A DNA stretch of 60,371 bases, the filler included. It is 5 parts of 5 records of this genome, joined end to end, with 100 filler letters (N's around TTAATTAATTAA, not from the genome) between each part and the next. Parts side by side here need not be neighbours in the genome. Positions count along the whole stretch, not along the records: positions 16,573 to 46,175 come from DRR723986_5043; 4 more parts are not named here. One strand, written 5' to 3'. Below, piece after piece: positions 20,830 to 30,729 of this stretch (the stretch's first letter is position 1; each line of letters begins with the position of its first letter). The position numbers and the translations under genes are program-made. The notes beneath the pieces were generated by a model. It did no database searches. It saw only the letters and a list, made by a program, of their open reading frames with translations, and was not told the origin of the DNA.

Positions 20830-21420
20830 CTAATTTTTATCTAAATAATTATTAGCAAAATCAATATTTTGTAGTGTATTTATATTGTAAAACATTAATA
20901 TGTTATCCGTTTCAAAAACAACCTCTCGCACACCTAAAATATCCAGCATTTGGTTTACGGTTCGAACATCATCTTCCTTAAAAGATTTGGTAAACTGTGA
21001 TTGGCACGTAAGCGGCCAGATAGCACACAACCCGTGACGCCTATCCTCGGCAACAACACAAACTGGCTGTGACCCAATTTGATTTTCTTGTAAGCTGTTC
21101 ACCATATCACTGGGGAAGAAAGGCACATCAACCGGCATAGTCACCAGCACCTCAGCCCCTATCGAGCGCGCCCAGTCAAAACCAAGCATAACACCAGCTA
21201 GCGGGCCTAATTCCTTGCCATCAACTTTCGGCTCATGAAGTGTAATATAGTCATCATGGTTAGAACCAAGAGGCAGGTTCGCTGCCAAAGCGTCCACCTG
21301 CGGTATAAACCTTTTGGCGGTATGTTCCAACAGCGTTAGATCGCCTAATTTTTTATTGAATTTGTGGCTCCCGAGCCTACGGGATTTTCCACCGGCCAAT
21401 ATTAGCCCTGCCGTTTTCAT
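20830..21420 (-). CDS. mobA: molybdenum cofactor guanylyltransferase
   Basis: LILAGGKSRRLG, GPLAG, PVDVPF, NINT. Confidence 0.85.
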   Translation of the reverse strand: MKTAGLILAGGKSRRLGSHKFNKKLGDLTLLEHTAKRFIPQVDALAANLPLGSNHDDYITLHEPKVDGKELGPLAGVMLGFDWARSIGAEVLVTMPVDVPFFPSDMVNSLQENQIGSQPVCVVAEDRRHGLCAIWPLTCQSQFTKSFKEDDVRTVNQMLDILGVREVVFETDNILMFYNINTLQNIDFANNYLDKN

Positions 21421-21524
21421 TTTTTAGTGCTGCTTTGTTCGTTTGTATAAAATTACAGTCTGCTACTATATTAGCGAAGGCAAGCCTTCTCTATAAAAAC
21501 TGCTAAAGCAATGAAAGCATCTAC

Positions 21525-23723
21525 ATGACCAACAGCACCCAAAATAACAATGCTATTGTCGGTGGTGGCATGAAAAAAGTGCTGTATACCTTAAACACAG
21601 TGCGAAAAATGGGCGCACGTAAAGCCGCCAAAGCCTTGAACTCAAACAACACATGCAAGGCCTGCGCGCTGGGTATGGGCGGTCAAAATGGTGGTATGAC
21701 CAATGAGGCCGGAGAGTTTCCGTCCGTATGCAACAAAAGCGTTCAAGCGCAGTCTAGCGATGTACAAGCGGCGATCCCAACCGAGATATTCGACCATACA
21801 TTAGCAGAACTACAAGAGCTTGATGGCCGGGAGATGGAGCATTTGGGCCGCCTAAACACGCCCTTACACAAAAAGCCAGATAGCGACAAGTTCACACCCA
21901 TCGGCTGGGATCAAGCAATGGCCCTAGCCGCTGATAAGCTGAAACAAACCAACCCTAACCGTAGTTTTTTCTATTCCTCTGGCCGGTCGTCTAACGAAGC
22001 CGCCTTTGTTTTCCAGCTTTTCGCCCGGTTGTTTGGCACTAACAATGTCAACAACTGCAGCTATTATTGCCATCAGGCAACAAGCGTGGCGCTTGGCTCT
22101 ACGGTCGGTACCGGCACCGCAACCATTGAACTGGAAGACCTTGGCGGCTGCGACATGATATTTGTGGTCGGTGCCAACCCCTCGTCTAACCACCCCCGGT
22201 TTATTCACAAACTTAAGGCTTGCCGCGAGCGCGGCGGTAAGGTTGTGGTTATCAATCCGGCGAAAGAACCGGGCCTGTTGAAATTTGCAGTTCCCAAAAG
22301 CCCCAAGTCCCTTCTTACAGGCGGTAGTGAGATAGCCAGTGATTATCTTCAGCCAAATATAGGCAGCGATGTTGCTGTTTTCACGGGGCTAGCCAAAGCT
22401 GTGATTGAACAAGACGCCGTTAACGAGGGCTTTATTGAACAGTTTGCCGATGGCTACGAAGACTTTCTATCTTCAATCAATAGCATGGATTGGCAAACGC
22501 TTTGCGACCTAACCGGTTTAACCAAACAAGACTTCCACCGCGTTGCAGGCCTTTATGCCAAAGCAGAAAAGGTCATATTTGCCTGGGGCATGGGGTTAAC
22601 ACACCACACCAACGGCGTTGAAAATATTGAAAACCTTGTAAACTTTGCGCTACTGCGCGGCATGATAGGCACACGCCATGCGGGATTGTTGCCGCTTAGG
22701 GGGCATTCAAACGTGCAAGGCATCGGCACCATTGGGGTAAAGCCGGTTATACAGGAAGATGTGTTTGCCCGCATGGAAGCGGCTTTCGGCATTACTTTGC
22801 CGCGCACTAAAGGCATGGACACTATGGCCTGCATGCAGGCTGCGCACGACGGCGCCATTGATGCTGCGCTGATCATGGGTGGAAATTTATATGCTGCCAA
22901 CCCCAACACCGCTTGGGCTAGCGAGGCGCTTGATAAAATTGGCTTCAAAATGTTTTTAACTACCACCCTGAACAAAGGCCATGTAAACGGTGTGGAAACT
23001 GGTGAAAGCTTGATAGTACCTGTAACGGCCCGCGACGAAGAATGGAGCCCGACAACACAGGAAAGCATGTTTAATTTTGTGCGCCTTAGTGACGGTGGCA
23101 TTGAGCGCCATGACTGTGTGCGCCCTGAAAGTGTTATTTTGTGTGATTTGGCTGATAGCGTGCTGAACGACCTGCCTTTTCAGTTTAGCAAATTCAAAGA
23201 CCACCGCAACACCCGGCAAGTAATTGCAGACATTGTACCGGGCATGGAAGCATTGGCTGATATCGATGTGGCCAAAAAAGAATTTCATGTTCACGGAAGG
23301 CTGCTTCACACGCCTGAATTCAAAACATCAACAGGTAAAGCTGCGTTCAAACCCTGCACATTGCCCGTTAAGTCTGTTGGAAACGCAGACTACCCCTATG
23401 TTCTAGCCACCTTGCGCAGCGAAGGGCAATTCAATTCTATCATCTATGAAAACCATGACAGCTACCGACAAACAGACGACCGCTGGTGCGTGATGATGAA
23501 CAAAAATGATATTGCTGCCCTTGGGTTAGGTAATGAAGACCGTGTGACATTGAAGTCAGCATTTGGGGAGATGCAAGCGGTAAAAGTGTTCCCGTTCGAT
23601 GTACCATCGGGCAACCTGCTGTGTTACTATCCGGAAGCTAACGCCTTAACCGGTATTGCCGTTGACCCGCGCAGTAAAACGCCGTCCTTTAAAAACACAG
23701 CTGTATCGATTGAAGTAAACTAG
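21525..23723 (+). CDS. FdhF/YdeP-family molybdopterin oxidoreductase
   Basis: FYSSGRSSNEA, NNCSYYCH, PLRGHSNVQG, TLRSEGQFNS, YYPEAN, SKTPSFK. Confidence 0.92.
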   Translation: MTNSTQNNNAIVGGGMKKVLYTLNTVRKMGARKAAKALNSNNTCKACALGMGGQNGGMTNEAGEFPSVCNKSVQAQSSDVQAAIPTEIFDHTLAELQELDGREMEHLGRLNTPLHKKPDSDKFTPIGWDQAMALAADKLKQTNPNRSFFYSSGRSSNEAAFVFQLFARLFGTNNVNNCSYYCHQATSVALGSTVGTGTATIELEDLGGCDMIFVVGANPSSNHPRFIHKLKACRERGGKVVVINPAKEPGLLKFAVPKSPKSLLTGGSEIASDYLQPNIGSDVAVFTGLAKAVIEQDAVNEGFIEQFADGYEDFLSSINSMDWQTLCDLTGLTKQDFHRVAGLYAKAEKVIFAWGMGLTHHTNGVENIENLVNFALLRGMIGTRHAGLLPLRGHSNVQGIGTIGVKPVIQEDVFARMEAAFGITLPRTKGMDTMACMQAAHDGAIDAALIMGGNLYAANPNTAWASEALDKIGFKMFLTTTLNKGHVNGVETGESLIVPVTARDEEWSPTTQESMFNFVRLSDGGIERHDCVRPESVILCDLADSVLNDLPFQFSKFKDHRNTRQVIADIVPGMEALADIDVAKKEFHVHGRLLHTPEFKTSTGKAAFKPCTLPVKSVGNADYPYVLATLRSEGQFNSIIYENHDSYRQTDDRWCVMMNKNDIAALGLGNEDRVTLKSAFGEMQAVKVFPFDVPSGNLLCYYPEANALTGIAVDPRSKTPSFKNTAVSIEVN

Positions 23724-23857
23724 CCATTACCTGACTATTGTTTAGGCTTTGTCCCGGCAGCCGGTTGGTCAGTCCCGTTCCTGTAAAAGCGTCTTTAAAC
23801 CAGTTCTATTCCTACTTTATTCACCAATAAACGGTGCTTTACTAGGAAGGAATACTC

Positions 23858-24421
23858 ATGAAAAACACACTCATCATTGGGCTTATGCTTGCTGTGGCCT
23901 CATTTACCGCTAAGGCGCAAGACACGATACCCGATCAATCAAAAACACCCCATGCGGCGATGCAAAGATTAGCGCCAATGGCAGGAAAATGGTCAATGGT
24001 GCTGGAATACTCTCCGGACGAAGGCAAAACCTGGCAGCAATCAGCACCTTCTGATGTGGAGGCTGCCTACCAGCTAAAAAGCCTCATTTTGGGCGAAAAG
24101 CCAACTGGGCCTGCCGCGTCAATTTTTCAAACCGCCACGACCTACAGTTATGATCAATACCGTAACACCTACCGCATTGCTGTGATGGATGATACGTGGG
24201 GCATAATGGACATTTACGAAGGCAATATTGAAGATGGTGCTCTTGTTGCGACCAACCTGAAATCGGGTACTACTTTTCCCATCAGTGAAAGCGTCTCTCG
24301 CGCCTTTAGGTTAAAAATCAAATTTTTAAGTCCAACCCAGCGTACTTTGGAAATTGATAAATCGGATGATGGCGGCAAAAGCTGGCAACCAAACTTTAAT
24401 TTGGTTTATACAAAAAAATAG
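23858..24421 (+). CDS. secreted hypothetical protein, DUF1579-like beta-barrel
   Basis: Signal peptide; LAPMAGKW, SDDGGKSW; SD AGGAAGG. Confidence 0.6.
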   Translation: MKNTLIIGLMLAVASFTAKAQDTIPDQSKTPHAAMQRLAPMAGKWSMVLEYSPDEGKTWQQSAPSDVEAAYQLKSLILGEKPTGPAASIFQTATTYSYDQYRNTYRIAVMDDTWGIMDIYEGNIEDGALVATNLKSGTTFPISESVSRAFRLKIKFLSPTQRTLEIDKSDDGGKSWQPNFNLVYTKK

Positions 24422-24739
24422 ACCAAGCGAATTTCATCTAGAAACTGGTGTGGCGATCAAATGGTGGCCGCACCAATTTCATATACAGGGCTGTCGACTC
24501 ATTCATTCAGTTCATCGATTAAATTTTTGGACAAGTAAGTTCTAATTTCGAGGAGTTTGACTCTATTTTTGGCCAGTTTAGGTCCAATTTTTTGGAGTTG
24601 AGCCTGATTTTCGCTTGCAAAATCTCAAAAATGACAAATCAAATTCAATCAATAGTGCCAAATTGAATTTATTGTGCGCCGAATGTGATTTGAGTACAAA
24701 CAAGCGCCGTGGCACCTTTTTTGTTCTTAAACAGGGTAT

Positions 24740-25330
24740 GTGTATTCAGTGCAGCAAAATCTTTCTTCATTGCTCAAGGACATCAGGGCTTGCACGCTTT
24801 GTGCAGCTTCGCTTCCATGCGAACCGCTCCCTGTTCTTCAGGTTAGCTCCAATGCGAAAATTTTGATTGTGGGCCAAGCGCCGGGCCGTAGGGTTCAGGA
24901 AAGTGGTGTGCCATTTGATGACCCTAGCGGAGACAGGCTTCGTCAATGGATGGGCATTGACCGGGACACATTCTACGATGCGGAAAAAATTGCTATTATT
25001 CCTATGGGGTTTTGTTACCCCGGCACAGGCAAATCTGGTGACTTGCCACCGCGCCCGGAATGCGCCGATGCATGGCGCGCGCCCTTGATGACGTTAATGT
25101 CCAACGTAGAGCTAACTTTGGTAATTGGCCAGTATGCCATTGCATGGCACTTACCTGATGAACGCAAAAACACGCTCACAAAAACCGTGCAAAACTGGCA
25201 ACAACACTGGCCAAGTAAGCTAGTGCTGCCCCACCCTAGCCCGCGCAATAACATATGGTTAAAGAAGAACTCTTGGTTTGAGGGTGAACTATTGCCGCCT
25301 TTGCAGAAACGCATCAAGGAACTGCTTTAA
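24740..25330 (+). CDS. uracil-DNA glycosylase superfamily protein
   Basis: ILIVGQAPG, PMGFCYPG, PPRPEC, LPHPSPRN; start uncertain. Confidence 0.9.
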   Translation: MYSVQQNLSSLLKDIRACTLCAASLPCEPLPVLQVSSNAKILIVGQAPGRRVQESGVPFDDPSGDRLRQWMGIDRDTFYDAEKIAIIPMGFCYPGTGKSGDLPPRPECADAWRAPLMTLMSNVELTLVIGQYAIAWHLPDERKNTLTKTVQNWQQHWPSKLVLPHPSPRNNIWLKKNSWFEGELLPPLQKRIKELL

Positions 25331-25332
25331 AC

Positions 25333-25364
25333 AAAAAAAGGCGCAGCCTTAAGCCGCGCCTTTT
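25333..25364. terminator. bidirectional terminator between UDG and ssb
   Basis: A7-GGCGCAGC-loop-GCCGCGCC-T4 between convergent genes. Confidence 0.7.
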
Positions 25365-25388
25365 ACAAATAGATAATTCTCTAAATTC

Positions 25389-25901
25389 TTAGAACGGGAT
25401 TTCATCATCCAAGTCACTAGAACCGCCTGCTGGCGCACCGCCGCCAAAGCCTCCGCCCTGTTGACCACTACCCTGCTGTCCTGCACCTTGAGCCTGGCCG
25501 CCACCATAGCTGGACTGATTATCACTAAAGCCACCGCCAGCGCCGTCATTGCGGCTATCTAGCATCGTCAATTCGCCGCGAAAGCGCTGCAGAACCACCT
25601 CAGTGGAATATTTCTCAACGCCTGATTGATCAGTCCATTTACGGGTTTGAAGCTGGCCTTCCACATACACTTTGGAGCCCTTCTTCAAATAATTTTGCGC
25701 AACCTTGGCCAAGTTTTCGTTGAAAATTACTACCCGGTGCCATTCGGTTTTGTCCCGCCTTTCACCAGTATTTTTGTCGCGCCAGTTTTCCGACGTTGCA
25801 ACTGACAGGTTCACCACAGGATTACCGTCTTGCATGGTACGCACTTCAGGGTCACGGCCCAGATTACCAACCAAAATTACTTTATTTACACTACCAGCCA
25901 T
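25389..25901 (-). CDS. ssb: single-stranded DNA-binding protein
   Basis: [19 protein letters not shown], Gly-rich tail, C-terminal DDEIPF; start at 25901. Confidence 0.98.
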   Translation of the reverse strand: MAGSVNKVILVGNLGRDPEVRTMQDGNPVVNLSVATSENWRDKNTGERRDKTEWHRVVIFNENLAKVAQNYLKKGSKVYVEGQLQTRKWTDQSGVEKYSTEVVLQRFRGELTMLDSRNDGAGGGFSDNQSSYGGGQAQGAGQQGSGQQGGGFGGGAPAGGSSDLDDEIPF

Positions 25902-26023
25902 CAGGGCCCCCTTATTGAAACATTTCGAGGGTTCAGCATACAGCAAACTGTATAGCCGCCTCTTTACCGCTGGGACCATAAACCACAAATGCCCACGCTT
26001 GCAAAAGGTAATTGGGGAATTTT

Positions 26024-26038
26024 GTTCTATTTTTGTTC
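26024..26038. promoter_or_regulatory. alphaproteobacterial LexA (SOS) box upstream of ssb
   Basis: GTTC-TATTTTT-GTTC (GTTC-N7-GTTC). Confidence 0.85.
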
Positions 26039-26184
26039 TTTTTTGCTTTTGAATATATTTATTCTTCAATTCGCCGCCATTTTCAGGCACTTCACCGCGC
26101 TGGTATAGCCAAATTAAAACAAACCGTTAGGCTAATTTTGGGACTTTCAGTTGTATAAATACTGAATGAAATAAGGGAAGAGCG

Positions 26185-26739
26185 ATGACACCACTAAAAA
26201 TTACATTTGCGGCCCTCGTGCTTGCTGGAATGGCCGCATCACCTGCGATGGCCAGACAAGCCACCACAGCGCCAGCAACTCCGCCACCACCGCCCTGCAC
26301 ACAGGACGAAAACTTTCGTGCCTTTGATTTTTGGGTCGGAGACTGGGAAGTATCGGCATGGCCCGGCGGCGGCACCATAGGCGGCCATAATAAAATTTCA
26401 CCGGTTGAAGGCGGGTGTGCTTTGGAAGAGCGCTGGACCAATTCGCAAGGCGGCACTGGTCGCAGCCTGAATTATTATAACCCCATAACCGGCAAATGGC
26501 GACAGCTTTGGGTTGCTGGCGGCTACTCAATTGATATTGAAGGTGGTTTGAAAAACGGTGGTATGGCGCTTGAAGGCACCATTTATTATTACCGCCAGAA
26601 TAATTCTGTGCCCTTCAAAGGAACTTGGACACCACAGGAAGACGGCAGTGTTCGACAGTTTTTTGAGCAATATAACCCTGAGACCAAAGAATGGGCTGTT
26701 TGGTTTGACGGAAAATATGTACGCTACACGCCTGAGTAA
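26185..26739 (+). CDS. secreted hypothetical protein, DUF1579-like
   Basis: Signal peptide; FDFWVGDWEV, CALEERW, WRQLWV, WFDGKY. Confidence 0.65.
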   Translation: MTPLKITFAALVLAGMAASPAMARQATTAPATPPPPPCTQDENFRAFDFWVGDWEVSAWPGGGTIGGHNKISPVEGGCALEERWTNSQGGTGRSLNYYNPITGKWRQLWVAGGYSIDIEGGLKNGGMALEGTIYYYRQNNSVPFKGTWTPQEDGSVRQFFEQYNPETKEWAVWFDGKYVRYTPE

Positions 26740-26755
26740 AGTTCCCTACTATCCG

Positions 26756-27163
26756 TCATAAAGCAGCGTAGCCTTCCACAGACTGCGCTGCTTCTGCAAT
26801 TGGCTGTATTCCTAGCATTCGCGAACGTGTGAATATTTCATAAACAACAGGGAGGCCGCTGGTGTCATCAAGCGTAGCCGTATTAATGTTAGCAATATCA
26901 GTATCCTCAACACCGCACCATTGAAGTGGTGTGCCGCATTTACGGCAAAACCGGCGAACCGCTTGATCACTCAATGAAATTTCACCTTCAGGCTCTGTAA
27001 TCCAGCATAGCTGATCAGCCTTTACAGTTGTCACAGTGGCAAATGCAGCGCCAGACTGCTTCTGGCAATCTCGGCAGTGGCAATTGCCTGTTTCTGCGCT
27101 TGTCAGGTCAATCGTATATCTCGCCGCACCGCACAGGCAGCCGCCTTCTCGAATATCTTTCAT
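26756..27163 (-). CDS. GFA/CENP-V family protein
   Basis: GGCLCG, CHCRDCQK, RRFCRKCGTPL; start MKDIREGG behind SD GGAGG. Confidence 0.9.
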   Translation of the reverse strand: MKDIREGGCLCGAARYTIDLTSAETGNCHCRDCQKQSGAAFATVTTVKADQLCWITEPEGEISLSDQAVRRFCRKCGTPLQWCGVEDTDIANINTATLDDTSGLPVVYEIFTRSRMLGIQPIAEAAQSVEGYAAL

Positions 27164-27192
27164 ATGACCCTCCATTCCTAAAAAGGCATCCG

Positions 27193-27603
27193 TTATTGAG
27201 ATGCCTGCTTAATTTGATCTGTGTAAGACGCTGGAAAGCCCAAACTCTCCGACAGTTTCAACAGTTTCTTTGCATATTCCTTATTCTCACCAACAATTTT
27301 TTCTGGCGGTAAATTGTAGCAAATAGCCTCAACCTCATCGCCGCCTTCAGTGATTACGCACAGCTTTTCGGGCACATAATCCGCGACGGATGCCTCATCA
27401 TACAGAGCTTCGACCATGGCAGAAGGAATATCCATCAACACGCCATAAACCTGCCCACCCTTTTGGGGCACAAGCGTTGCCCGCTCACTAATGCGAATGG
27501 CAAAATCGTGAACCCACCCAACGCATAAAGTTTCCGGGGTAATCTCTTGTTTTTCAAGGATATTAACGTCCATGAACAAGCCATAAAAAAATGTTTGCAT
27601 CAA
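27193..27603 (-). CDS. gamma-glutamylcyclotransferase-like protein
   Basis: FFYGLFMD N-terminus, VYGVL, similar size to GGCT/AIG2 fold. Confidence 0.7.
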   Translation of the reverse strand: MMQTFFYGLFMDVNILEKQEITPETLCVGWVHDFAIRISERATLVPQKGGQVYGVLMDIPSAMVEALYDEASVADYVPEKLCVITEGGDEVEAICYNLPPEKIVGENKEYAKKLLKLSESLGFPASYTDQIKQASQ

Positions 27604-27635
27604 ATGTACCCATTTTTGTCAGGAGTGGTTGCATT

Positions 27636-27650
27636 GTTCTTTATTTGTTC
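27636..27650. promoter_or_regulatory. LexA (SOS) box upstream of uvrA
   Basis: GTTC-TTTATTT-GTTC. Confidence 0.85.
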
Positions 27651-27751
27651 TTATCACGGCGTTATTGTCAAGCCGCTTGACACAGACACCAAAACCGCCC
27701 CATTCATAGCATGAAAACTGGTCACACAGTTGGCCCCAACGAGATAAATAT

Positions 27752-30610
27752 ATGCTTACAAAAATTTCAGTGCGCGGCGCGCGCGAGCATAACCTCAAAT
27801 CGGTTAATGTAGATATCCCGCGCGACAAGCTGGTTGTGATCACCGGCCTATCCGGCTCCGGCAAGTCATCGCTTGCCTTTGACACCATCTATGCGGAAGG
27901 CCAGCGGCGCTACGTGGAAAGCCTGAGTGCGTATGCCCGGCAGTTTCTGGAAATGATGCAAAAGCCTGATGTTGACCATATTGAAGGCCTGTCGCCTGCT
28001 ATTTCCATCGAACAAAAAACCACCAGCAAAAACCCGCGCTCCACCGTTGGCACCGTAACTGAAATATATGATTACATGCGCCTATTGTGGGCAAGGGTCG
28101 GCGTTCCCTACTCGCCTGCCACCGGCCTGCCCATCGAAAGCCAGACGGTAAGCCAGATGGTTGACCGCATTATGATGCTGGAAGAAGGCGCAAGAATATA
28201 CCTTCTCGCGCCTATTGTGAGGGGTCGCAAGGGTGAATACCGTAAGGAATTCGGCGAGCTCCAGAAACGTGGCTTTCAGCGCGTAAAAGTAGACGGCGAG
28301 TTTTACCTGATTGAGGACGTGCCGATGCTGGATAAGAAATACAAGCACGACATTGATGTTGTTGTTGACCGGTTGGTCGTGAAAAGTGGGCTGGAACAAC
28401 GACTAGCAGACAGTGTGGAAACTGCGCTGGACCTTACTGATGGCCTTGTGGCTTACGAGCTGGCATCCAAAGGCGAAACCGATCAGGAACGCCACCTGAT
28501 GTCGGCAAAGTTCGCCTGCCCTGTTTCTGGCTTCATCATTGAAGAAATTGAGCCGCGTCTATTTTCCTTCAACAACCCCTTTGGGGCCTGCCCGGAATGC
28601 GATGGACTTGGCAACAAACTATACTTTGACCCTGACCTTGCCGTGCCAGACAAAAGCAAAACCGTGCGCGCAGGCGCGCTAGCCCCCTGGGCAAGTCGCG
28701 CCAATAACCCTTCGCCGTTTTATTTTCAGGCGCTAGAGGCTGTTGCCAATCATTTTGGTGTGTCGCTGGACAACCCCTGGAACGATTTGCCTGAAAAAGT
28801 GCAGAATGCCTTTCTTTTTGGCACCGGGAAAAAGGACGTGACCATTGTTTACGCTGATGGCAAGCGTAAATTTGAAGTGAACAAACCCTTTGAAGGTGTT
28901 TTGAACAACATTGAACGCCGCTGGCGCGAAACCGACAGCAACTGGATGCGGGACGAACTGTCAAAATATCAGTCGTCCACAACTTGCACCACGTGTGCTG
29001 GTGCGCGCTTGAAACCAGAAGCCTTAGCGGTAAAAATTGATGCCACGCACATAAGTGACGTTACAGCCATGTCGGTATCAGCCGCGCATGAATGGTTTAC
29101 AACCCTGCCCGAGCGCTTAACCGAAAAACAGCAACAAATTGCTGAGAAAGTGCTGAAAGAAATTCAAGACCGCCTTGGGTTCCTGAACAACGTAGGTTTG
29201 CAATATCTTACGCTAAGCCGTTCTTCGGGCACATTGTCAGGCGGTGAAAGTCAGCGCATTCGGTTGGCGTCACAGATAGGCTCCGGCCTTACAGGCGTGC
29301 TGTATGTGTTAGATGAGCCATCGATTGGTTTGCACCAGCGCGATAATGACCGCTTGCTGGAAACGCTTAAGAACCTGCGCGATATAGGCAACACTGTGTT
29401 GGTAGTGGAACATGACGAAGACGCCATTCGTACCGCCGACTATGTTATTGATATGGGCCCCGGTGCCGGTGAGCACGGCGGCATGGTTGTCGCTGAAGGA
29501 AAGCCCGAGAAAGTAATGCGCAACCCTAAAAGCCTAACCGGGCAATATATGACTGGTAAACGCTCTGTGCCTACGCCAGAGGCCCGCAGGCCCGGAAAAG
29601 GTACGTTCCTTACTGTCAAGGGTGCTACAGCCAACAATCTGCGCGGTATTGACGGTAGCATACCGCTAGGCACACTCACCTGCATTACAGGCGTATCGGG
29701 GTCTGGCAAGTCCACTTTCACCATTGAAACGCTTTATAAAGCAGTTGCCAAGCATTTGAACAAAAACCGCATGATGCCGGGGCCGCATACGTCAATCGAA
29801 GGGCTTGAGCATCTGGACAAAATTGTCGATATCGACCAAAGCCCCATTGGCCGCACGCCGCGGTCTAACCCCGCTACCTACACCGACGCCTTTACGCCAA
29901 TACGTGATTGGTTTGCTGGCCTACCCGAGGCACAGGCACGTGGCTACAAGCCTGGGCGCTTTTCTTTCAATGTGAAAGGTGGGCGGTGTGAAGCTTGCCG
30001 CGGTGATGGCATGATCAAAATTGAGATGCATTTCCTACCGGATGTGTATGTGCAATGTGACCAGTGCAAGGGTAAACGCTATAATAGAGAAACATTAGAA
30101 ATATTATTTAAAAACAAATCTATATCTGATGTTCTTGATATGACAGTTGAAGATGGATGCGCCTTTTTCAAGGCTGTTCCTGCTATTCGAAATAAGCTTG
30201 AGATGCTAGAGAAAGTAGGGCTTGGTTACATACGTGTTGGCCAACAGGCTACAACCCTTTCCGGCGGTGAGGCACAGCGGGTAAAGCTCGCCAAAGAACT
30301 ATCTAAACGCTCCACCGGGAAAACCTTATATATTCTCGACGAACCCACCACCGGCCTGCACTTTGAGGACATTCGTAAATTGATGGAAGTGCTACAGGCC
30401 TTGGTTGACCAAGGCAATACAGTTGTTGTGATCGAGCATAACCTGGAAGTGATTAAAACCGCTGACTGGATATTAGACCTTGGGCCCGAGGGCGGTGACG
30501 GCGGCGGTGAGATTGTGGCTATCGGCACACCAGAAGATGTAGCCAAGTCAGCTAAAAGCTATACAGGCCAATATCTTGCCCCAGTTCTAGCGCGGCAGGC
30601 AGCTGAGTAA
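27752..30610 (+). CDS. uvrA: excinuclease ABC subunit A
   Basis: Two Walker A ([16 protein letters not shown]), LSGGE signatures, zinc fingers. Confidence 0.99.
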   Translation: MLTKISVRGAREHNLKSVNVDIPRDKLVVITGLSGSGKSSLAFDTIYAEGQRRYVESLSAYARQFLEMMQKPDVDHIEGLSPAISIEQKTTSKNPRSTVGTVTEIYDYMRLLWARVGVPYSPATGLPIESQTVSQMVDRIMMLEEGARIYLLAPIVRGRKGEYRKEFGELQKRGFQRVKVDGEFYLIEDVPMLDKKYKHDIDVVVDRLVVKSGLEQRLADSVETALDLTDGLVAYELASKGETDQERHLMSAKFACPVSGFIIEEIEPRLFSFNNPFGACPECDGLGNKLYFDPDLAVPDKSKTVRAGALAPWASRANNPSPFYFQALEAVANHFGVSLDNPWNDLPEKVQNAFLFGTGKKDVTIVYADGKRKFEVNKPFEGVLNNIERRWRETDSNWMRDELSKYQSSTTCTTCAGARLKPEALAVKIDATHISDVTAMSVSAAHEWFTTLPERLTEKQQQIAEKVLKEIQDRLGFLNNVGLQYLTLSRSSGTLSGGESQRIRLASQIGSGLTGVLYVLDEPSIGLHQRDNDRLLETLKNLRDIGNTVLVVEHDEDAIRTADYVIDMGPGAGEHGGMVVAEGKPEKVMRNPKSLTGQYMTGKRSVPTPEARRPGKGTFLTVKGATANNLRGIDGSIPLGTLTCITGVSGSGKSTFTIETLYKAVAKHLNKNRMMPGPHTSIEGLEHLDKIVDIDQSPIGRTPRSNPATYTDAFTPIRDWFAGLPEAQARGYKPGRFSFNVKGGRCEACRGDGMIKIEMHFLPDVYVQCDQCKGKRYNRETLEILFKNKSISDVLDMTVEDGCAFFKAVPAIRNKLEMLEKVGLGYIRVGQQATTLSGGEAQRVKLAKELSKRSTGKTLYILDEPTTGLHFEDIRKLMEVLQALVDQGNTVVVIEHNLEVIKTADWILDLGPEGGDGGGEIVAIGTPEDVAKSAKSYTGQYLAPVLARQAAE

Positions 30611-30729
30611 ACCACTGTTAAACGGCACCCTTGCGGTTTATTCAGCTTGGCTTAAGCTTGAGCCTGTCAAACTATTGCCATTGTACAGCGTTTAAATTGC
30701 CCAACTGATAATTACCCGGAAGAAATACT

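Noticed and set aside
24721-24740. Possible LexA box upstream of the UDG-family gene
   Set aside because: Only one GTTC half-site; the second position reads GGGT.
25902-26090. 63-aa N-terminal extension of SSB in the ORF track
   Set aside because: Canonical start MAGSVNKV is at 25901; the extension covers the promoter and LexA box.
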